Source of the DNA: Nitrospinota bacterium
GTDB taxonomy: Bacteria; UBA8248
Reading direction: 5' to 3'
DNA: 33,372 nucleotides
Assembly: GCA_036231405.1 (NCBI GenBank)
Contig: JAZAHK010000017.1
Coordinates: forward strand, 1-33,372
Part shown: piece by piece, positions 27,365-33,372 of the stretch
Layout of the letters: the number at the start of each line of letters is the position of its first letter
Numbering within the stretch: position 1 is the stretch's first letter
The notes under the pieces: model-generated
Told to the model about the DNA's origin: nothing
Database searches by the model: none
The model's input: the letters and a program-made list of their open reading frames with translations, nothing else
Translations under genes and position numbers: made by a program

Positions 27365-27802
27365 ATGGATCTGTCGACTTTTTTATTGATTTGTTTAGGC
27401 GGATTTTTAGCTACTTACGCCCACTACTTTTTTGCCTTAATTGCAGATCGAATTGGACTCGCGAGGCTAGATTTTGGAAAAGGACTGTCCATGCTCTTAT
27501 TCTCCGAATCCTATGATGGAAAACCTCCTTTTCTTCTTGGATTTTTTGCAGTGCATTTAAATGGAATCATTTTCTCTCTAATATACTCTTCAGTTCTTGC
27601 GAAACATCTGCCAGGAACACCATTAGAAAAAGGACTTGTTTGGGGAGGAATTCTCTTCATTTTCTCTCAGTGTATCTTTAACGTTTTTATAACGAAGCAT
27701 GGCTTGTTTAGCCTAAAAATGCACCCAAGAGCTTGGCAGACGGCTTTTGTAGCACACGCCATTTATGGGTCGATGGTTGGATGGCTCTGTCCAATTCTTT
27801 AA
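27365..27802 (+). CDS. Four-TM membrane protein of unknown function
   Basis: Four hydrophobic segments with HLNGIIF, GLVWG and AHAIYG. AGGAG RBS. Confidence 0.7.
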   Translation: MDLSTFLLICLGGFLATYAHYFFALIADRIGLARLDFGKGLSMLLFSESYDGKPPFLLGFFAVHLNGIIFSLIYSSVLAKHLPGTPLEKGLVWGGILFIFSQCIFNVFITKHGLFSLKMHPRAWQTAFVAHAIYGSMVGWLCPIL

Positions 27803-27812
27803 AGTCCAGAAA

Positions 27813-28889
27813 ATGCAAAAATTGATCATGTCCTCTAGTTTCTTGTTGTTTTGCTTTTCTTTTTTTTGTTTCCCCATAAATTCTTCATCTAATAAATGGA
27901 CAGGGACTATTATTGATGCCCATAGTCAATACGGTTGTAAAACTGATGGAGAAGATATTCTTTATGCGATTAGAACTTTTGGTGTAAAAAAAACGTTACT
28001 GTCTGCAAGAGGAGGATGTAGCAAGGATGAGACCCCAATAGAAAGCCAACTACGAACTTTAAATCTAGTAAAAGATTTAAAGAAGAAGGCAGATTTTTTT
28101 ATATCCTCCAAACTAGCTGGATTGGGTCATCCAGGAGAGGGAAATAAAATAACTGGACTGAAATGGTTTGTTGAAGCAGATAAATTATTCTTTAAAAATT
28201 CAATTGGATTTGGAGAAATAATTGTCCAGCATGCGGATCATGATCATGCAGCATTAACTAGAGAGGGTCTTCAATCTAATCTTGAAAGCTCTAGAATTAA
28301 GAAAGTAATTTCCGTCATGCTTAAAAGGAAAAAGCCGGTCATTTTGCACCTTGAACTGAATGATTCAGAGAAAAGTTCTTCAACAGTTCTATCCCAATTG
28401 CGACGTTTGTTGAAGAACTATCCTCAACATAATTTTGTTTTGATCCATATGGCGCAGGCTTCTGCTGTTGAGGTGATGGAACTAGTAAGAAATTTCCCAA
28501 ATATTTACTTTTTAACTTCACATACAAATGCTTTAAACGAAGTTGGTAAAATCAAAAGGAAAAGAATAGGAGAAGTTGCTCAGAAAGGGTGGATAAATCT
28601 GTTTAATGTTTTACAGAAAGGCGCCCCTTATAGAGGTTGGTTCAAGGAATATTTTGTAACGATGAGGTGGAAAGAAAAATGGAAAAATCTTTTCGTGCAG
28701 TTCCCCGATAGATTTGTGTTTGCAATGGATAATGTCTTCGCGAAACACTGGAGAAAAAAACGGTATCAAATGGTAATTAATATTTGGAGAAAAGCTTTTT
28801 CTCAGTTGCCGAAAGAAGTTGCTGTGAAAGTTTCTTGCGAAAATGCGAACAGATTATGGAATCTTAAAGTGACATGTTTAGCAAAGTAG
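27813..28889 (+). CDS. Secreted amidohydrolase-family (TIM-barrel) protein
   Basis: IIDAHSQ, GFGEI, PVILHLE, VLIHMAQ, FPDRFVFAMD, NANRLW. ATG 27813 gives a hydrophobic signal-like N-terminus and avoids overlap with the upstream gene. Confidence 0.72.
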   Translation: MQKLIMSSSFLLFCFSFFCFPINSSSNKWTGTIIDAHSQYGCKTDGEDILYAIRTFGVKKTLLSARGGCSKDETPIESQLRTLNLVKDLKKKADFFISSKLAGLGHPGEGNKITGLKWFVEADKLFFKNSIGFGEIIVQHADHDHAALTREGLQSNLESSRIKKVISVMLKRKKPVILHLELNDSEKSSSTVLSQLRRLLKNYPQHNFVLIHMAQASAVEVMELVRNFPNIYFLTSHTNALNEVGKIKRKRIGEVAQKGWINLFNVLQKGAPYRGWFKEYFVTMRWKEKWKNLFVQFPDRFVFAMDNVFAKHWRKKRYQMVINIWRKAFSQLPKEVAVKVSCENANRLWNLKVTCLAK

Positions 28890-28908
28890 AAGTTAGAATC
28901 TATTCTAA

Positions 28909-29733
28909 CTAATTTTTTGAAATTTTATTTTGTTCTTTGAATAAAGTTGCTACCTGTTCAGGAGTTGTAAACCAAACGTCACCCTTGTCTAGCATATGGT
29001 TTATTAAACGATCTAGCATTCTGATTCTATGATGTTGCCCAATCGCTTGAGGGTGACACATCAGGTTAAAGTATCCTCCTTCGTCATAAACTCCTTCGAA
29101 TTCTTCTAGCCATATGGAAAAGACGGATTCTGCATCACGAATTCCATGTCCAAAAGGGGGATTTCCACTATAACCAAAGAAAATGAAGTCATCTAAAGTC
29201 CATTTCGTTGGCAATTCAATAAGACCGCAGTCATGGTAATAGGGCCAGTCGTCATCCATTAAATTAGAGTGGTACAAAAACCCATGTTTTTCTAAGAGTG
29301 TCATTGTATGCTTACTCGGGTCACAAGAGGGGGTCCTTGCACCTACAGGAACTATTCCGAACTCTTTTTTGAAGATGTCTAACGCTTTGACTAGACAATT
29401 TTCTTCTTTTTTTTTGTTGTTAATTAAGTATGGTTTTTCATGATCGAACCCATGGTACCCAATTTCATGTCCTGCTTTCAGGACAGATTCCGTCATGTTT
29501 TCCCATTTTTTTGCAGTAGTGGCAACAATAAAAAAACATGCTGGCAAATTATATTTTTTAAGTAATCTTAGTATTCTAGGAACTCCCACTTTAGGACCAT
29601 ATGCCCCCATTGAATTATGAATTGGTCGATTGCCAAGTTCAGGATCTCTGGAGTGCCAAAGGGATTCTCCGTCTACATCGAAAGTTAGACATACAGCGGA
29701 TTTTGCTCCATTTTTCCATTGTATAGAATTCAA
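28909..29733 (-). CDS. Polysaccharide deacetylase (CE4/NodB) family protein, PuuE/HpPgdA-like cytoplasmic type
   Basis: CLTFDVD, YGPKVGVPRIL, GHEIGYHGFDH, MCHPQAIG, DVWFTT. No signal peptide. Confidence 0.88.
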   Translation of the reverse strand: MNSIQWKNGAKSAVCLTFDVDGESLWHSRDPELGNRPIHNSMGAYGPKVGVPRILRLLKKYNLPACFFIVATTAKKWENMTESVLKAGHEIGYHGFDHEKPYLINNKKKEENCLVKALDIFKKEFGIVPVGARTPSCDPSKHTMTLLEKHGFLYHSNLMDDDWPYYHDCGLIELPTKWTLDDFIFFGYSGNPPFGHGIRDAESVFSIWLEEFEGVYDEGGYFNLMCHPQAIGQHHRIRMLDRLINHMLDKGDVWFTTPEQVATLFKEQNKISKN

Positions 29734-29760
29734 TTTTATCCTCTTTGAAAAAAATAAAGT

Positions 29761-30954
29761 TTAAGTTGTCTCTTGTATCATTTCGCTCTTTGAAAAGTTT
29801 CTTCTAGAAAATATTAAGAACAAAGGGGTGAAAAGAAAACACGTGAAAGCTATGAACCAGAAGGCTTTATCTGTACCCCATAAGTCAGAAATAATTCCTA
29901 TAGATAATAATCCTATGCCAGATACGATTTGATTGCTAGTGAACATGAGACCCACCACGCTGCCTGAATACTTTGGATCAGCGGTTTCGAAAGCATATGC
30001 AAACAAGACCGATCTAATAGAAAGTGTTGACCCTACTGCGGCTAGCGTAATGAAGAGAGCCATTCCATCACCTGCGAAAGGGATATATAGGAGACTAACG
30101 CCTCCGACAAAGAGAGAGATTGTGATTACTAGTTTCCTCGAAATTCTGTCTGATACATAGCCGATTAAAGTTTCAGGAAGAACTGATGCGGCAGAATAGA
30201 TTCCAAGCCCTAATCCTATGGTGACGGGATCAGTTTGATATGTTTCTACCAAATAAAAGGGAAGAAATAGTGTAATCCCTCTATATGTTAAATTTCTTAC
30301 TCCTGACAAGAAGGAAACGCCTAGTAATGAAGGGTTTCGTAAAATAGCTTGAATGATATGTTTTAACGTGATTTTTTCGCCTTCGTTTGTACGTTGAGTG
30401 TTAGGAAATGAGGGGAGACAGAAGATAAAAAGGATAGCGGTAAGAATTAAAGGGATAGAATTGATTTGAAGAATTTGTCTCCAATCAAAATACAAAAGCA
30501 TCCAGCCAGCAACAATGGGAGCAATTGTCATTCCAATATTTGAACCTGTGCCATGAATGCCTAAAGCAAATCCTTTTCTATCTAGAAATTTTTCATTAAT
30601 AATTCCCATTGCGGGTGGGTGCCAAATATGTGTGGCAATTCCTGTTGCCCAAAAAAACATGACAATAATCCAGAATGTAGAAGATAAACTAATTGCAATG
30701 TGAAAAATACCAATTGATGCCATACACGCAACGAGCATTGCCTTGCGTCCACCAAGCAAGTCATTGATGACCGCGAAGCCTGCGCTCGAGATAGCACTAG
30801 CTATCGAAATCCCAACAAAAATGATGCCAACCTGGGTAAGGCTTATTCCTATGTCTTTTGCAAGAAAGGGAAGGACTGGTCCAATAACACCATGGAACCA
30901 GTGTTCAAATAGGTGTCCAATCGTTAGTAGTATTAGTATGTATGAAGACTTCAT
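29761..30954 (-). CDS. MFS transporter
   Basis: About 12 TM segments. Motif-A-like DLLGGRK and GYVSDRISRK, plus WHPPA and RKGFALGIH. Confidence 0.92.
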   Translation of the reverse strand: MKSSYILILLTIGHLFEHWFHGVIGPVLPFLAKDIGISLTQVGIIFVGISIASAISSAGFAVINDLLGGRKAMLVACMASIGIFHIAISLSSTFWIIVMFFWATGIATHIWHPPAMGIINEKFLDRKGFALGIHGTGSNIGMTIAPIVAGWMLLYFDWRQILQINSIPLILTAILFIFCLPSFPNTQRTNEGEKITLKHIIQAILRNPSLLGVSFLSGVRNLTYRGITLFLPFYLVETYQTDPVTIGLGLGIYSAASVLPETLIGYVSDRISRKLVITISLFVGGVSLLYIPFAGDGMALFITLAAVGSTLSIRSVLFAYAFETADPKYSGSVVGLMFTSNQIVSGIGLLSIGIISDLWGTDKAFWFIAFTCFLFTPLFLIFSRRNFSKSEMIQETT

Positions 30955-31110
30955 ATAGAAAATTCCAAAAGTTGTAGATGCTTCACTTTAGCACAATAAA
31001 TTCATAAATCATCTCTTGGAATGTTTTTGTTTCATGAATAGCATTTTAGGAAATCGGTCGATAATTTTCACTAAGTTTTTGTTAATAGTAAAAATGAATT
31101 GCACTATATT

Positions 31111-32454
31111 TTAAGGGTCTGCAATCTCAACTGTCCAGGCCATTTCTTTTTCACACCAAGCTGCATTATTTAGTAGGGCATAGTCTTTGAATTTTTTGCC
31201 AATAAATTGGATTCCGTAAGGAAGGTTTTTGTCCCCACGACCTAATGGAAGGGTTATGGCTGGCAAGCCTGATTGAGTGGCTGGTTCGTTGAAAAAAGCG
31301 CTGCCAGTCGATTCGTTTGCAAGAGCAGGAGGTTCCTGAAAAGAGGGCAGAATAATAAATTCGAAATTTGTCAATATTTTATCCATGTCCCTGATTAGAA
31401 GGTTCCTCTGACGAAGCCCTCTAGCATATTCTAGAGCGTTCGTTTTGAGCCCGTTTTCAATAAGTTTCTTAATAACTGGTCGATATTTGTCTGCATTTTT
31501 GGAAAATCTTTCTTTGTGATAAGAGGCTGCATCTACGCTCATTATCATCCGGTGTGTATCGTGTAAATTTTGAAAGTCAATTGGGAAATTGATTTCCTCG
31601 ACCTTTACCCCGCTTTTCTTCAAGCTTTCTATGGCACGGTTTACCCAATCGCTAACTTCTGGAGAAGCATATTTTTGAATGCCGTTTTTAGGATAGCAAA
31701 CCAAAGAGGGTTTTCTAGGTATATGAATCCCAAAATTTAGAGGTGCAAATCCTTGGGTCGTTTCATCCGCGTGGTCGGGCCCTGTCATATATTTAAGAAG
31801 TAGAACTGCATCTTCTACGCAACGGGTTAAAGTGCCTATGTGATCTAAAGTCCAAGATACTTCTATGACACCAGATCGTGATATTAGTCCATAGCTAGGT
31901 TTAAATCCAACAATACCACAATAAGCAGAGGGTCGAAGGATCGAACCACCTGTTTGGGAACCTAAGGCTGCAGGGATCATGCCTGAAACCACTGAAGCTG
32001 CGGATCCACTGCTTGAACCACCTGGGCTATGTGCAGTGTTCCAGGGATTGAGAGTTTCTGAGGGATCTCCTGTGGCAAACTGAGTGGTAACTGTTTTCCC
32101 CATAATTATAGCGCCCGCTTCTCTAAGCTTTGATATACAGTGCGCGTCTTCTTTAGGGATATTTCCTTTCAGGATTGGTGAGTTCCCCTCGCAAGGTAAT
32201 TGCTTTACGTCGATAATATCCTTCACGCCTATAGGTGCTCCTAAGAGTGGGATGTCAAATGAAGATCTTTTATCTATCTGTCTGGCTGTTTCGATAGCAC
32301 CCACTTTATCGAGAGTAGTCCAAGCGTGAATTTTCTCTTCGCAGGAATCAATTCTTTCAAGTAATGACTTAGTCCAATCTACTGCAGTCAATGATTTTTC
32401 GGATATTTTTTTTATTCCTTCGCTGAGCGTAAGTTCCCATATATTTTTCATCAA
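31111..32454 (-). CDS. Amidase (amidase-signature family)
   Basis: GAPIGVKD, GKTVTTQFA, PGGSSSGSAA, GSQTGGSILRPS. Start is TTG 32454 or ATG 32451. Confidence 0.93.
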   Translation of the reverse strand: MMKNIWELTLSEGIKKISEKSLTAVDWTKSLLERIDSCEEKIHAWTTLDKVGAIETARQIDKRSSFDIPLLGAPIGVKDIIDVKQLPCEGNSPILKGNIPKEDAHCISKLREAGAIIMGKTVTTQFATGDPSETLNPWNTAHSPGGSSSGSAASVVSGMIPAALGSQTGGSILRPSAYCGIVGFKPSYGLISRSGVIEVSWTLDHIGTLTRCVEDAVLLLKYMTGPDHADETTQGFAPLNFGIHIPRKPSLVCYPKNGIQKYASPEVSDWVNRAIESLKKSGVKVEEINFPIDFQNLHDTHRMIMSVDAASYHKERFSKNADKYRPVIKKLIENGLKTNALEYARGLRQRNLLIRDMDKILTNFEFIILPSFQEPPALANESTGSAFFNEPATQSGLPAITLPLGRGDKNLPYGIQFIGKKFKDYALLNNAAWCEKEMAWTVEIADP

Positions 32455-32678
32455 AATTATTTCCTTTTAATCGATTCATCCGATAGTTGAAAAGAGAATG
32501 TCTTTTGAAAAAAGTTTCTGAAGTAAAATGATTGTTATTTCATTTCATTGTTTATAGAAATTCTCAATATTTTTATTTATTAATTGAAATTTTTTGTTGT
32601 ATTGAGTTATTTAATTTGTTACAAGTGGTAGGATAACCCCATGAGGGGATATGTTGCAAATTGTTATGAGGTTATTTA

Positions 32679-33372
32679 ATGATCGAGACTCGATTGCAGG
32701 CAGTAAAAAAAGTTCGTGTGTATGAAGAAATTGTCTCCCAGATAACAAATCTAATTCTTGAGGGAGAACTTCAGCAAGGAGATAAACTCCCTTCAGAAAG
32801 AGGTTTGTGTGAACAGTTTTCTGTTGGGAGAAATTCAGTACGTGAGGCTGTTCGAGCTCTAGAGTCAGGAAACCTTGTAGAGACAAGACAGGGGGAAGGT
32901 TCTTTTATTAAAGCAGGACCAGCAACCTTGGTTTCATTGCATTCTGACCTTCTCTCTTCAAAAGGGGAGGAGGGTGTTCGTTCACTTTTTGAGGCTAGAA
33001 GAATATTGGAACCGCAGGTTGTTTCTCTTGCCAGTGTAAGAGTAACAGCTAGTGAATTAAAGAAACTTCAGCAGGTTGTTTTAAATCAAAAAATTGAAAT
33101 TTCTAAAGGTGGAACCGGAATTTTTCAGGATACTGATTTTCATTTGCGTTTGGCTAGTGCTGCAAAGAATGAGTTTCTGTACAGATTGGTTAAAACTCTT
33201 CTTGATTCTCTATCAGAAGTACGTGAACGTTCAATTCGCGAACATTCAGTAAGAATTCGCTCTTGTGAAGGACATCAGCAAATTTTAGATTCTTTGAGAA
33301 AGAGAGATTCAAAAACTTGTTCTTCAGAAATGTTAAGCCATCTGTTAGATATCGAAGGAATTGAATTAGATT
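32679..33372 (+). CDS. GntR family (FadR subfamily) transcriptional regulator, 3'-truncated by the window edge
   Basis: Hand translation: MIETRLQAVKKVRVYEEIVSQI...GDKLPSERGLCEQFSVGRNSVREAVRALE...RQGEGSF (wHTH), then an FCD domain (EARRILE, DTDFH, AKN, H..I, HL). GAGGT RBS. No stop before the window end. Confidence 0.93.
   Translation, partial: MIETRLQAVKKVRVYEEIVSQITNLILEGELQQGDKLPSERGLCEQFSVGRNSVREAVRALESGNLVETRQGEGSFIKAGPATLVSLHSDLLSSKGEEGVRSLFEARRILEPQVVSLASVRVTASELKKLQQVVLNQKIEISKGGTGIFQDTDFHLRLASAAKNEFLYRLVKTLLDSLSEVRERSIREHSVRIRSCEGHQQILDSLRKRDSKTCSSEMLSHLLDIEGIELD

Noticed and set aside
1116-32329. Numerous 60-150-aa ORFs overlapping larger genes (e.g. 4711-4962, 9042-9485, 14483-14806, 17347-17763, 21181-21519, 22770-23090)
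   Set aside because: They are antisense or out-of-frame shadows of well-supported genes and have no recognisable motifs.
31111-32454. Calling this gene gatA
   Set aside because: No gatB or gatC neighbours, and GKTVTTQFA rather than GatA-type GKTNxDEF.
32611-32886. 91-aa minus-strand ORF
   Set aside because: It is the antisense shadow of the GntR/FadR gene starting at 32679.
1-33372. CRISPR arrays, tRNA/rRNA, IS elements, prophage or known anti-phage defence genes
   Set aside because: No regularly spaced repeats, RNA-gene signatures, transposase or integrase motifs, or defence-type nuclease/ATPase domains were seen.

Overview
A 33.4-kb, AT-rich, tightly packed bacterial chromosomal segment with about 36 protein-coding genes. 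I see no rRNA, tRNA, CRISPR array, integrase or transposase. The only clear core gene is pckA (ATP-dependent PEP carboxykinase), plus a YgfZ/GcvT-type folate-binding protein. Most other genes are orphan small-molecule catabolic enzymes: two amidase-signature amidases, a CocE/NonD hydrolase, an alpha/beta hydrolase, an isochorismatase/RutB-like amidohydrolase, a nitrilase-family protein, a polysaccharide-deacetylase-fold protein, a TIM-barrel amidohydrolase, three cupins, two AhpD/CMD proteins, two PPOX split-barrel proteins, a NIPSNAP protein, an LVIVD protein, a tautomerase, a DapA-like aldolase and a 4,5-dihydroxyphthalate-decarboxylase-like protein. There is also an MFS transporter and a CPA-type antiporter. 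The ORF track mishandles both edge genes: a Sel1-repeat lipoprotein is open from base 2, and a GntR/FadR regulator runs from 32679 off the end. The best candidates for undescribed biology are (i) a DUF3142-like gene coupled to a large secreted Cys-paired helical-repeat gene (6459-9579), (ii) a five-gene bicupin-AhpD-decarboxylase-RutB-aldolase catabolic operon (10043-14083), (iii) a nitrilase-family enzyme whose catalytic Lys is replaced by Arg, downstream of pckA and a tautomerase, and (iv) a perfect 20-bp palindrome over a divergent promoter (17077-17096). All family assignments come from motif recognition by eye, not database searches. The taxon cannot be fixed from this window.
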